Below are positions 30,001 through 45,000 of a stretch of DNA of 64,000 bases, one piece after another (positions within the stretch are counted from its first letter, which is position 1; the number at the start of each line of letters is the position of its first letter). The position numbers and the translations under genes are program-made. The notes beneath the pieces were generated by a model. That model was not told the DNA's origin. It ran no database searches and was given only the letters and a program-made list of their open reading frames with translations. This stretch comes from Bigelowiella natans CCMP2755 (lineage: Eukaryota > Protista > Cercozoa): the NCBI GenBank assembly GCA_000320545.1, contig ADNK01003025.1:62001-126000 (forward strand), written 5' to 3'.

Positions 30001-33000
30001 ATTGGATGCACTGGTGTGTCGATTGACGTTGGTGGCATGGGTACCGACTTTGGCGACATGAAGATTTCCCGACCCGAGCTCCAATTCATAGTGTCTACCA
30101 ACTTATCTTTCAAGTCTGTGAGCTCGCGCATCAGAGTCTATGAAACTATTTGGACAGACACCGAAACGGTGCAAGGTCAGGTAAGTTTCCACGCCTACGA
30201 CTATGTCGATTTCCTCGGATCATCCGTGTGGAAGTCTGCATACGCTGTCGCACCCCACATCAGCATCAGAGAGCACCTCAAAGTCTCAGATGAGGTCCTT
30301 ATGTTTGAGGCCAGGAATTACAGCGTTGGACCAGGTGTCAGAATGACATCCGAGAGAGATGACATTCATCTGCTACCTCTCACGAGTCACGTTACGATTC
30401 CATCTCGCATGGATCTTCAAGCGCCCGTAACAATGCGTGCTTGGAGTGATATCATTGTTGACATGCCCATCGATGTATCTGGATCCGGTACATTAATGTT
30501 TGTTGCTGATAGCAACGAGGATGCAGTTGGACTCTTATCGTTTTCAAGTGTATCCGCAGTAACAGTGGAGAGCACCCAAGTTCAACGGGTTGTTCTCACT
30601 GCAGCAGATATTAACATTGGAGCAGCACTCAAAGCTGCTACAGCAAATGTAACCGTGCAAGTTACCAACACAAGCAACTCCGTGATGAGTGTCGGTGCGA
30701 ATCACGGAGGATTGTGGCTGAGCGATGAGGAGCTTGATCGCATTACTACATCAACGACTCTAACCCTCGGCAGTAAGCAAACTGACACTCTCAATCTTGA
30801 TGGCGTTACTCACACAGATACACCTGTGAAGGTGTATTTGGAGACTATGAATGAAATCAAATTCCGAGGAAGTCCTTCGCTTTTCATGACTGAGGTATCG
30901 ATTGAGGCTGACAACGACATTTCGATTGATTCCAACGTCACCATTAACGATGGAAAAGTTGATTTCGTCGCGGATGCAACTTGCAATCAAACGGGAAGGA
31001 TCCTCATCAGCAGTCTGGGATCTGTAACTGTGACAAATAATCCATTGACTTTCAGGGCATACGATATGATCATCAATGGCCCTGTCAAATCCGGTACACA
31101 ACCTACAGAAATCTACGGCTGCCCTGGTATTTCTATTGATATTGGAGGCTCTGGAATTTCAGATACTTCTCCTATGAGAATTGACCAGGGAGAACTTGGT
31201 CAAATCCATAGCAATAACCTCACGTTTACTGCTCTAAATGCCAACTTGACAGTTTACAAAATGGTTTCTGCGGATACCATGGGAGTTATGGACAGAATAT
31301 TCATGGATGCAGGGGTTAAGATCACTTTCTACGAATCGACTATCTTCAAATCTCTGCGTGCGACTGCCCCGATCATAAACATTTTCAATGATATGAAAGT
31401 TACCGAGGGCCATATGGTTCTTGAGGCAAACAAATATAATGTGTCCTCTGGAACCTACGTACATTCCGAGGTTCAGAACATTTACGTTGAGCCTTTGCAA
31501 GAGGGATTCTCGCATATGTACCTCGTTACACCTGTAACGTGGAGAAGTGCTGAGGATATCACATTTGAAGTCCCAATGCATGCGGCGGGCTCAGGATCCT
31601 TGACATTCTTTACGGACCACGACGATGACAATAGTGGAACCCTTTCTTTCAATAGCCATGCATATGTCAGAGTTGTCGATCCTCAAGTACAACAAGTACT
31701 GCTCACAGCCTCAGACATTATCTTAGAAGCCCCGATTCATGGCATGCAAGCAAATGTAAGTGTCCAAGTTTCGAACTACTCTGGCTCAACATTGAGTTTG
31801 GGTGGAAATCACGGAGGTCTACATTTGAGTGATGCCGAGCTAGATCGTATCACAACCGCCACAAGTTTGACAATTGGCAGTCTTCAAACTGATCGAATCA
31901 TCGTTGACGGTATCACACATGATGATACCCCAGCAGATGTGATCTTTATCAGTATGAATGCGATTGACTTTGTTGGAAATTCATCAACATTCTCTTCTCG
32001 TATGGGAATGTACGCTGACAACCACATAAACGTTGCCACTAACCTGACAACTACTGGTGGTACGATGACGATCGTTTCTGACTCCACTTGTAACAAGACC
32101 GGAGAACTAACAGTTACGTCAAGAGGCTCTATTACTTCCACAGACAATACAATGTGGATCCAGGCACACGATGTTCACATCAGTGGTCCTTTGGATTCTG
32201 GTGCTACTGCAATGCACTTCGTTGGATGTGATGGAGTGTCCATTGATGTCGGCGGAAACGGTGTAACAACCACTGGGCAAATGAGGGTAGACCAATCTGA
32301 GCTTCGTATGCTCACGAGCACAAATCTAACCTTCAATGCTGAAAGCTCAAACATCCACGTCTACGAGACTGTAATAATGGATACCAATGACGTGGCAAAT
32401 CGTATTACCTTCAATGCACGATACGACCTTGTTTTCGCTGGTTCCAACATCTTTAAGTCTATCCGTGCGTGGGCTACAAGAATTAACATTACTGCAGATA
32501 TGAAGGTGACGGAGGGACACATGATCTTCGAAGCCGATAAATACTACGTCGACGGAGGCGTATGGGTACAATCAGAAGTGCTGAACATCTACGTGGAACC
32601 TCATGTTGGCAAGAATGCGACTATGCTTACGGGTACTCCTATTACTTGGAGAAGTGCCCGTGATCTCACCTTTGAGGTACCTGTTGATGTTTGGGGCTCC
32701 GGAAGTGTCATGCTCCAGGCTGATAGTGACGAGGATGCTGATGGAACGTTGTCCTTCAGTTCTGTCTCAGATGTGACAGTGATTGATAGTATGGTTCAGC
32801 ATGTTGTCCTAACGGCTGCTGACATCATATGGGAGCCTAAATTGCTGGCTTCTCAGGCAAATATCACAATCCAACCTTCCAACTACACTGGAGCTACGCT
32901 CAGTGTAGGAGCCAATCATGGAGGCTTACATATCAGCGATTCAGAACTTGATCGAATGAACAGTACTACATCTTTGCAGCTAGGAAGTCTACAGACAGAT

Positions 33001-36000
33001 AGAATCTTCATTGATGCCGTGACACACACTGATACTCCAGCTGATGTTTATATCGTAAGTACGAACAGCATTGAGTTCATCGGAGGCCCATCTAGTTTCC
33101 TGTCGCGGATCGGAATACACGCGGATAACCATGTATTGGTTGATACCCCACTTGATGTATATCGGGGCACGGTGACTATCGTTGCTGATGCCACTTGCAA
33201 CAAGACCGGTGTTTTCACCAAAACAGCCACAGGTTCTGTGAATTCGCATAACAATGCCTTCTGGATTCAAGCGCATGACGTTAATTTCACACATCCTGGC
33301 CGCGTTACAGCTGGGCAATCTGCACTTCACTTTGTTGGATGCTCTAACATCTCCATCGATGTCGGTGGAGATGGAACTATGGCAACCGGTGATATGCGGG
33401 TGGATCGAACGGAGCTTCAGCTTCTAACGAGCACAAACCTTACGTTCAACTCAGAGACTGCAAATGTGCACGTGTATGATACAGTCATTACTGACACTAC
33501 CGAGGTACTGGACCGGGTGACTTTCAACGCGTACCACAATTTGGTGTTTGCTGGATCTAACGTGTTTAAGTCTGTGCGCGGTGTCGCTCCAACTATCAAC
33601 ATCACTGCAGATATGAAGGTTACAGAAAGCCATCTAGTCTTGGAGGCCAGGCATTACAATGTAGAAGGTGGTGTATGGATTCAATCTGAAGTTGAAAACA
33701 TTTACGTTGAACCAACGAAAGGAGCTTCCGGCTCTTTGATTACCAACACTCCGGTAACCTGGATGAGTGCAAATGATATCACTTTCGAGGTACCGATGTA
33801 TGTAACAGGTTCAGGCTCCCTAAACTTCAAGGCAGATAGTGATGAAAGTAGTGAAGGAACTCTTTCCTTTTCATCAGTATCAAATATCGAAGTTAGAGAT
33901 CCTTCTGTACACCAAATTCTCTTCACGGCAGGAGACATCATTCTTGAGTCGAACGTGAACGCACTTGCAGCTAACGTTACTGTTCAAGTTACGAATTACA
34001 CAAACTCTGTGATGAGTGTTGGTGCAAATCATGGCGGTCTTCATCTGAGCGATGCTGAGCTTGATCGTATCACCACTTCGACCACTTTGCAGCTTGGAAG
34101 TCTCCAAACTGACCTATTGTACTTGGATGGAGCTAGTCATTTAGACGTTCCTATCAATGTTTATCTTGTCAGTATGAACCAGATTGCTGTGACAGGAGCA
34201 CCGTCATCATTCGTAACTGAGGTTGAATTCCACGCAGATAACGATATCTGGGTAGATGCAAATCTAACCGTAAACAATGGAGACCTATCAATTATTGCGG
34301 ATGCAACATGCAACGGGACTGGCTTGTTCACGATAACACCGAATGGAGGTGTACGGGCAATGGATAGGGTGCTACTTATCCAGAGTCATGACGTTGACAT
34401 TTTCGGCCCAATCTACTCAGGAAATTCTGCTACGCACTTTGTAGGATGCTCTTCAGTCTCTATCGATGTTGGTGGAGATCATCCTACTAGCACTGGTCAG
34501 ATGAAGATCAACCAAACTGAGCTAGCAATGATCCAAAGTACGAACTTGACATTCACTTCTATCACGGCTGATATCAACCTGTACCAAATGGTTCCGGCTG
34601 ATACTGAAAAGGTGACGGGTAGACTATTCTTCACCGCAGCTGAACATTTGAACTTCATGGAAAGCACTATCTTTAAGTCACTTCGTGTATCAAGTCCTAA
34701 GATGAATATCTCTGACGACATTAAGATAACGGAGGGTCATTTGGTGCTCGAGGCCACTGAATTTAATGTTGACTCGGGTGTCTGGGTACAAAATGAAGGG
34801 CTTAACATCTACGTTGAACCAATGCAAGGAGGGACGGGCCACATGCGCACCGATACTCCTGTATACTGGCGCAGTGCAGGGGACTTGACGTATCAAGTTC
34901 CAATGACTGTTCTCGGCTCAGGAAACATTATGTTCCAAGCCGACAGTAACGAGGATGCTGACGGAACTCTTACATTTTATGAGGGAGCCAACGTCACTGC
35001 TAAAGTTCAATCTATCCAAGGATTTGTTCTTACCGGGGCAGATTTGATATTGAACTCTTACTTGGATGCCCTCCAGGCTAACGTAACGGTTCAAGTATCC
35101 AACTACTCTGGATCCACACTGAGCTTGGGTGGTTTCCACGGTGGCATGCACGTTAGTGATGCAGAGTTAGACCGAATCAAAACGGTCACTTCTCTCACTA
35201 TTGGAAGCCTTCAAACAGATCGTATTGTTGTTGATGGAGCTTCACACGTTGATACTCCAGCTGATTTCTACCTTATTAGTAACAACAAGATTGAATTTAT
35301 CGGAGCTCCTTCCAGCTTTGTAACCCGGGTTGGAATTCACGCAGACAACGATATCACCGTAGCATCTCCGATCACCGTGAACGGGGGCACTGTGACAGTT
35401 GTCGCAGACTCCACTTGTAATGCAACGGGAGTTCTGCACGTTGAACCTTCTGGATCAATCACATCTGTAAATAATGTGATGTGGATTCAAGCATACGATG
35501 TGAAAATCTTTGGACCATTGAACAGTGGTAACACAGCTATGCATTTCGTTGGATGCGATGGCGTGTCGATCGATGTTGGAGGTAACGGAGCATCTAGTAC
35601 AGGACAGATGCGTGTTGACAGGGGAGAGTTGAGACTTTTGACCAGCACAAACCTGACATTCAACTCAGAAAGCGCGAACATTCATGTATACGACACAGTG
35701 GTTTCCGATACAGCGACTATCACTGACAGGATCACATTTAATGCTGACAAGAATCTCGCTTTTGTCGGATCCAATGTGTTCAAATCAATCCGGGCTAACT
35801 CTCCAAAGATCAATATTTCAGCAGACATGAAAGTTACTGAAGGACATATGATTCTTGAGTCCCTTGAATATCATGTTGACGGTGGAGTATGGGTGCAATC
35901 TGAGACCTTGAACATCTATGTCGAATCGATCAATGGAGCAAGCTCAAAGATGGTAACTGGTACCCCTGTTACTTGGAGAAGCGCTCACGACCTAACCTTC

Positions 36001-39000
36001 GAGGTTCCTGTCAATGCATGGGGATCTGGAAGTGTAATGCTGCAAGCTGATAGCGACGAAGATGCTGATGGAACAATGACATTTAGTCCAGCAGCACATC
36101 TTACTGTCGTCGACACTCAACTTCAGCATGTACACTTAACGGCAGCAGATATTATCTGGGATTCGCTGTTGAAAGCTTCCCAGGCTAACATCACTGTCCA
36201 AGTTTCCAACTACAGCAACTCTATTCTAAGTGTAGGTGCTAATCACGGAGGTTTGAACCTGGATGACAATGAGTTGGATCGATTCACAACCACATCTTCC
36301 CTTTCTTTGGGAAGTCTGCAGGTGGATAAAGTATTCATTGATGGAGCTACCCACATTGATACCCCAGCAAATGTGTACGTTGTAAGTTTCAACACAATTG
36401 ACTTCCTTGGAACTCCATCTTCATTTGCTACCAACGTTGGCCTATTTGCCGATGGACACATTACCGTCGACTCTACTATAGTTGTAGATGGGGCAGTTAA
36501 TATCCTCGCTGATGCAACTTGCAACGGAACCGGAACGTACTACGTGAAGGCAGGAGCTAGTTTGACAACGCAGAATAAGGAAATCCTTATGCAAGTGAAC
36601 GATATTGACCTCAAGGGACAACTCGATTCCGGTACCGCAGCCACTCGCTTCGTTACGTGTGACGGATATTCCATCGACATTGGCGGTGACGGAAATACGA
36701 CAACGGGTGATCTCATTGTTGATAGAAAAGAGTTATTCCAGCTTTCTGCCGGAAACCTCACATTTTCTGCAACCACCGGCAGTGCGTACATATACCACAC
36801 TGTCGTTGCGGATACCTTCCCAACGGACAATAACATACGTGTAACCGCCTACAACGACATCAGATTCTTACAAACTTCGGCCTTTAAATCGTTGAAGACT
36901 GTTGCTCCAATGATCAATATATCGGCAGATATTAAGGTCACGGAGGGGCATTTGGTAATGCAGGCTGTCGATTATGTAGTGGATTCTGACATATTCGTTC
37001 AATCAGAGAAGCAAAACATCCAAGTTCTTCCTTTCGGTTTGCATGGATCCATGAAACTGCACACACCGATGTGGTGGCGAAGTGCTGGAGACATTACATT
37101 CGAGGTCGATATGAATGTCACTGGATCGGGCTCCCTCAACTTCCAAGCTGATAGCGACGAAGATGCTGATGGAACCCTCTCCTTCAACAAACCAGCAGAC
37201 GTTATTGTGCAGGATAGCAGCCTTGTACAAGTGGTAATGACAGCTGCCGATATCATTCTTGAGTCTAAGGTGCGGGCCATGCAAGCCAATGTGACAATCC
37301 AAGTCTCGAACCATTCCGGCAGCCTTATGTCGGTAGGTGCGACGAGTCATGGTGGACTTCATATTAGCGATGCAGAGTTGGATCGAATTACTTCCGCGAG
37401 TGCACTGACCCTGGGAAGTCTCCAGACTGATAGAATTGTTATCGATGGAGTTTCCCATCTTGATACCCCTGCAGACGTATACTTCATCTCGATGAACAGT
37501 ATTGAATTCAAGGGAGCGGCTTCCAATTTTTCAACCCGAGTTGGATTGCACGCAGATAATGATATCACAGTTGGATCAGCAGTGACTGTCACTGATGGCA
37601 CTTTAACTATCGTTGCAGATTCCACGTGCAATAGAACCGGGATATTCCGAAAGACGCCATCTGGCTCTGTGACGGTGACCGACAATGTTCTGTGGATCCA
37701 AGCACATGATGTTGTGCTCGAGGCACCAGGCAGGATTGAGACTGGAAGTGCAGCGACTCACTTTGTAGGTTGCGTTGATGTTTCGATCGATGTCGGTGGA
37801 AACGGAATGACGACGACTGGTCAAATGAGAGTATCGCAATCAGAACTTGCCTTACTTACTAGCACTAATCTGACATTCAACTCTGTTGAAGCTGACATAA
37901 CTGTATACTCCACGGTTTCAGCAAACACCAAGAATATTACAGATAGGATCACCCTCAATGCCCACAAGAATCTCGCATTTGTTGGGGCATCGGAGTTTAA
38001 GAGCGTACGCGCGGTCGCTCCAAAACTCAATATTTCAGCAAATGTAATGGTCACTGAAGGTCATCTGATTTTCGAAGCAGCAGAATACTATGTTCATTCT
38101 GGAGTCCACGTCAGATCTCTAGTTCAAAACATTTATGTAGAACCAACATCTGGCACTATGTCTGGAAGTATGATAACTGAGACACCAGTGACATGGACTA
38201 GCGCGAACGATATTACTTTTGAAGTTTCCCAGAAAGCCATTGGAAGTGGTGAAATGCTATTCTTCTCTGACTCTGATGCGAGCGGCGAAGGTGACATCAC
38301 CCTTTCGGAACTGGCCAACGTTACAATCGGAAATAACATTCCCGAGGTCACTTTCAAAGGACGTGACTTCGAGATGTTAAGTCACTTGAATGCCCTCAAG
38401 ACGAATGTTACATTGTGCACTTCTGTGTACACAAACGCCACAATGTCTATTGGTAATCTACACAATGGATACCATGTTAATAATGCCGAACTTCTCAGGA
38501 TTCACACAGAGAAGGTGTTGCGCATTGGATGCGAACAAACTACAAAGAATATCATTTTCGATGGTGCTTCATATGTTGGACAGTCCAGAATGGTACGCGT
38601 CGACAGTATGCACAGCATATTCTTTAAGCAAGAGAACAACAGCTTTAGCACGAACCTCGTCATGACCGCTAAACACGATGTTCTCATTGATGCGAATGTC
38701 TTTGCAGACGGATTTGTTAACATCGTGGCAGATGCTGATTGTATCTACAACGGATCTATCTCGATTCTCAACAACCACTACGTTGATAGCAACCACAATT
38801 TGATCCATGTCGTAGCGCATGATATGACCATTAACGGCCATTTTAAGGGTGGAGATCATGCGATCAATCTTGAAATTTGTCCTGGCAAGCACATTCACAT
38901 CGGTGGAGGCAACAACACCAGTGGCAATCAGATGATCCTTCACCAACATGAACTTGATAGAATGGCAAGTGAAAACTTGACGGTAATATGTAAGGATTGT

Positions 39001-42000
39001 ACCATTGACGTGTATCGATTCGTGCAAAATACTCGACAAGTACCAGGAGAAGTTTTCTTTAAAGCTGGACGAGACATCCGCTTCCTCGAGCCCACTGTTT
39101 TCAAGGATCTCACCGCAATTGCACAAGGTGCAATTCGCATTAATGCCGAGATTCATGTAATGGAAGGCGATATGGAATTGGAAGCTTCCAGTTATGACAT
39201 TGGACCTGGAGTTATGCTTTCGGCTATGGAAGAAAACATCCATATCCGAACATTGTCAGCACCAATGAAGCTGGAAGCTCCTGCCATTTGGAGGGCCGCG
39301 AAAAATATCTATGTTGAACCTACCGTCGTAATCAACGGAAGCGGAACTGTTGATTTCAATTCGGACTTCAACAACGACGATGTCGGTGAGTTGAAGTGTG
39401 CTTCAGGATCTAACTTTACAGTTGTTGATCCTGCTGTATCACAAATTCGTCTGACAGCTTCTAAGCTGGATCTGGCGTGCTACCTTAAAGCACTTGATGC
39501 TAATGTGACAGTCCAACTTTCCGATCATCCAGGATCTACCCTAAGTGTAGGTAATGACCATGGTGGTCTGCACCTGGATGATGGAGAGCTTGATCGAATC
39601 ACTACCACATCAGCATTCACCTTCGGAAGTGCACAAACTACTAACATTTACTTCGACGGTGTATCCCATTCAGACGTACCTAAGGATGTATTCGTCATCA
39701 GTCGCAACGCAATTAGATTCGAGGGATCTCCATCTTCGTTCTCTACTAGATTTAAGGCGCAAGCGGATAACGACATTTCAGTCGGTGCTCCTCTTACTGT
39801 TAGAGATGGAATTGTCACCATCACATCTGATGCTAAGTGTAACAGTTCTGGTACCTTATTCGTGACCTCGAGTGGATCTATTACAACATCTAACCAGGAA
39901 CTCTTTGTTTCTGTGCACGATGCTGTTCTTGACGGTCCTGTAAGTTCTGGTACAGCTGCAACCTATTGGACAGGATGTGCTGGTGTACACATGGTGCTAG
40001 GTAACGATGGAACGGATACACGAGGACAGATGCGCCTCTCCCAAGCTGAGTTGCGTCAATTGACCATGTCGAACTTGACGTTCACTACAAATAACGCCGA
40101 CATTTCAATTCTACACGTTGCAGTCAGAGACACAGCAACTGTAGATGGCATTGTCACCCTTGACGCTACAACTACAGGAACAATCCGATTCCTTGAAGAC
40201 TCGAGCTTCAAGTGGTTGAATACGTTCTCCGATGGCCATACTCACATCAATGCAAATCTGAACACCACAGAGAGTCATCTTGATGTGGTGTTGAGGAAGA
40301 ATGGCACGTGGTTGAGAATCAAGGAATCTACTGTTCGGGTCATCAAGGGACATCTTAAGATTGATGCTCCTGCACCTTCGAAGAAGGCAATTAATATTGT
40401 AGCTCCAGCAACACTGAAAGCTACCCAAGATATTTATCTATCACCACCTGTATATGTGAATGGATCTGGACAGATGCACTTCCATAGTGACTACGATGTT
40501 AACAAAATTGGAACCATCAGATTACGAAGCACATCAGGTGTCTACCTTGAACCAGGATCAAGCATTGCTTCAAGTGGAACTCTTGTGTTCACTGCTGCAG
40601 ATATGCACATTGATTCTCGAATTAACGCAGAGGGAGCAAACGTCACTGTGCAGACTACAGGATGGCCAAATTGGCCATTGCTGCTAGGTGATAGCTTCTC
40701 ACAAGACGGTTTGAAGCTAAGCGATTATGAGATTGACTTCTTCAACACAACTTCTCGTCTTGCTTTTGGAAGCATGATTACAAGTTCTGTGGAATTCGCA
40801 AATGTGTCCTACATGGGACTTGCTGAACACTTGGATTTCGTTTCGGTTAATAGAATTGTTGCTTCTAAGGGAGAAACGTACATCCAAGCAGGAGCTCGGG
40901 TACAATTTACCACGAATGGAGACATCGATATCCATTCCAATGTAACAATCAAAGGAACTACCATTATGAAGAGTGATATTGATTGCACACGTACTGGGAA
41001 TGTAAATGTTACAAATAGGGGATCTTTGAACACCATGAATCATGACCTCAGAATTCACGCGTTCGATATGAACATTGAAGGAGAGGTTAACACTGGATCT
41101 GAGATCTTCTCCGTCCTCGTTTGTGATGGTGTAAGCATTGATGTCGGAGGAAACGGTGATAATGCTGGTGACTTTAAACTCTCCTCAAAAGAATTGAGTT
41201 TTATCACTAGCAGCAACATGACCTTTATCACCCCAACGTCCAACATCAGCCTTTACCACACTACGCCAGTTCATACTGAAAAGGTCGCAGGATTTGTTCG
41301 ATTCGACGCTGGTGACGCAATCATCGTACACGAGAGCTCTCAGTACAAGGCATTGATTATGCTCTCGAAACGTATGACCGAGTTCCGTGCGGACACGCTT
41401 GTCTATGAGCGTGACATGTACATGGAGACCGGAGTAGGAGGTCGATTCGTCGTCTCCACTGTCAACCTTACGGCTACTTACGGAAGTATTCGATTCCAAG
41501 GTGATGCGACTCGCAAGATCTATCAAACCAGTCCATCGATCTGGACCACCGGCACCGATATCGTCGTTGGTCCACCTATGGAAGTTGTTGGTACTAAGGA
41601 GCTATTCTTCAATAGCGACTTGCACCATCAGAACGCTGGATTGATTTCGATAACCTCTAATATTACCATTAAGGATCCAAATGTGGCAAGCATCAGGATG
41701 GAAGGAAGTGACTTGCACTTCAATCCACATCTTCATGCATTGCATGCAAATATCACTATTTATACTTCTCCTTACCCAGGGTCAGTAATGAGTTTGGGTA
41801 CATTGGTGAAGGGTATGCACATCGATGACGGTGAGCTCGATAGGATGTACACGACAGGTCGAATCACTTTCGGTTTCCCAGGAACGGAAAGAATCTTCAT
41901 GTCTGGATTCAGTTATGACGGTGCTTCATATGGAGTTGACATGATCGCTCGCGAGCATGCTATCTTCTGGGGCCTGCCGAACTCGTTCAACACTGACCTC

Positions 42001-45000
42001 AATGTTGTATCACTTAACGACACAATCTTCTCGAACTCCACCCTCGATGTCATCGGAACCATCACACTCCATGCGCGAAAGAATATCCATCTGATGGAGA
42101 ATGTCACCAACAATGCCGACTTCTGGGCAATCGCTGATACCGATTGCAGCGGAAGCGGTGTGTTCAAAGTTGGAAACGATACCTGGGTTGTCACCAACGA
42201 CAATCTGATGACCCTCAGAACCCATGATATCGCTCTCTACGGTCACATTGACACCGGTGTGGATACCATCAAGATGTCCGTCTGTCCTGGAATCTCCATG
42301 GATATTGGTGGTACTGGACATGGAACCGGCCAATTCCGAATTCAACAGTCTGAGCTACAGCTGCTGATCTCTAAGAATGTGTCGTTTACTAGTCCTACGA
42401 AGAACATCAGCGTATACCACACATTGCAAACCGATACAACGGATGTTGCCGGATTCTTCAAGTTCTATGCTGGAGATACCTTCAGACATGTCGAATCTAA
42501 CACATTCAAGTCCGTGCTTGCTATTGCTCCAAACACAATCGTCGCAAAAGATATTGTTGTAAACGTACACGAAGGGGATATGGACATCCAATCCGAGTTC
42601 TATACCGTAGACTCTGGAACCCATTTCTCCTCCGAGTATGCTGACATTCGCTTCCGCACGATCAGCGGAGCAATGCAAATGGAACTGACCTCGCCTTCCA
42701 CTTGGCGTGCTGCCGAGCACATCTTGGTGGAACCAGCCACCAACATATACGGAAGCGGTGCTGTACAGTTCTACAGTGACTACAACAACACAGGGTACGG
42801 AACGTTGACGTTCTCTGGAACCTCGAATCTCACTGTAAGGGTTCCAACAGTTGAGACTATCGTCTTCACAGCAGCAGATCTCGATCTTTCCTGCTTCGTG
42901 AATTCGATGAAAGCAAACGTTACAATCGAGGTTTCCAACACTCCTACCTCGACGCTAAGTGTTGGTGCGAACAATGGAGGCTTGCACTTGAGTGATGCTG
43001 AGCTTGATCGAATTAAGACTGCATCGGCACTCTCATTTGGGAGCCTTCAAACTACAAATATTTACTTCTCTGGAGTTACACATACCGATGTTCCATTGGA
43101 TGTTTTTGTGATTAGTCGCAACGCCATCCGATTCACTGGAACAACCAGTTTTGTTACAAGGGTTGGGTTACATGCACACAACGATATTGTGATCTCGGCT
43201 CCTGTTGACATCAGAAATGGGCCAGTTGATATTCAAACAGATGCTACGTGCAACAGTACCGGAACACTGTTTGTTAAATCTGCAGGTTCGCTTACAACTA
43301 ACAACAAAGAGTTGTTCTTGTCTGTGCACGACTTCGTTCTTGAGGGACCAGTATCTTCAGGAACTGCAGCGATTTACGTAACAGGGTGCAGTGGTGTTCA
43401 CATGGTCCTTGGTAATGATGGTACCGATAGTCGTGGTCAATTGAGGCTCTCTCAATCTGAGTTGAGTCAGTTGACTTCTACAAATCTAACTTTCACTACT
43501 GTCAACGCGGATATCACCGTCTTACAAACTGAAATCGCAGATACAGAGAAAATAAATGGCATTTTGACTCTTGACGCTGTTGGTACTGGAACACTGCGTT
43601 TCTTGGAAGACAGTACCTTCAAGTTTTTGCATACTTTCTCCGATAGTCACACGCATATCAACGCAAATCTTAATACTACTGAAAGTCACCTTAATATCGT
43701 GCTTCGCGAGCCTGATACTATGCTCAGGGTGAAGTCCGTAACGATGAATGTTCACAATGGACATATGAAGATTGATGCGCCTTACGCAAGCAGGAATAAG
43801 ATTAAGATCCTATCTCCAGCCACTTTGATGGCATCAGAAGATATTTTCTCTTCCGTTCCAATGTACGTTAATGGTTCTGGAGAGACTCACTTCCACAGTG
43901 ATACAGAACAAAACAACTTTGGTTCTTTAGTGTTCACAAAGACTTCTGGACTGTACCTCGAAGAAGGTGCGGACATCTCTACCAAAGGAACTCTCGTCTT
44001 TACTGCAGCAAACATGATCCTCGACTGTCCTATCGAAGCTCAAGCCGCTAATGTAACTGTCCAGACTTCCGGATACCAGAACTGGCCACTGTTGATTGGG
44101 GATAACTACACCATCCCCGGTTTCAAGCTCAGTGACCGTGAACTCGACTTCTTTAATACAACCTCAAGACTCGCGCTAGGAAGTATGCAAACAAGTTCCG
44201 TGGAACTTGGTGACGTATCCTACACAGGACTCGCGCAGCATCTTGATATTGTTGCAATCAACCAAGTTGTGTTCAACAAGAATGCGTCTTATCTACAGGC
44301 AGGAATGAGAACACAGATCATCAGCAAGGGCCACGTCGACATTCACTCGAACCTCACGATCGATAGTATCACTATCATCAAGAGTGACTTCGATTGCTCA
44401 AGGCATGGAAACGTCAACGTCACCGAGAGAGGCTCCATCGACACGCTCAACCATGACCTCAGGGTACATGCGTTCGATATGAACATTGAGGGTGAGATCC
44501 GAACTGGATCAGAAATCTTCTCTGTTCTAGTGTGTGACGGTGTCAACATCGACATCGGAAACGATGGAATGAAGACTGGAGACTTCAAGCTCTCCCAGGA
44601 TGAGCTTCGTTTCATCACGAGTACGAACATGACATTCATTACGCCTACTGCAAACATCAGCCTCTACTACACAATTCCTATTGATACTGAAAAGATCACT
44701 GGATTTGTCCGGTTGGACGCTGGCGACGCAATCACCGTACACGAGAGCTCTCAGTACAAGGCATTGATTATGCTTTCGGGACGTAAGACCGAGTTCCGTG
44801 CGGACACGCTTGTCTACGAGCGTGACATGTACATGGAGACCGGAGTAGGAGGTCGATTCGTCGTCTCCACTGTCAACCTTACGGCTACTTACGGAAGTAT
44901 TCGATTCCAAGGTGATGCGACTCGCAAGATCTATCAAACCAGTCCATCGATCTGGACCACCGGCACCGATATCGTCGTTGGTCCACCTATGGAAGTTGTT

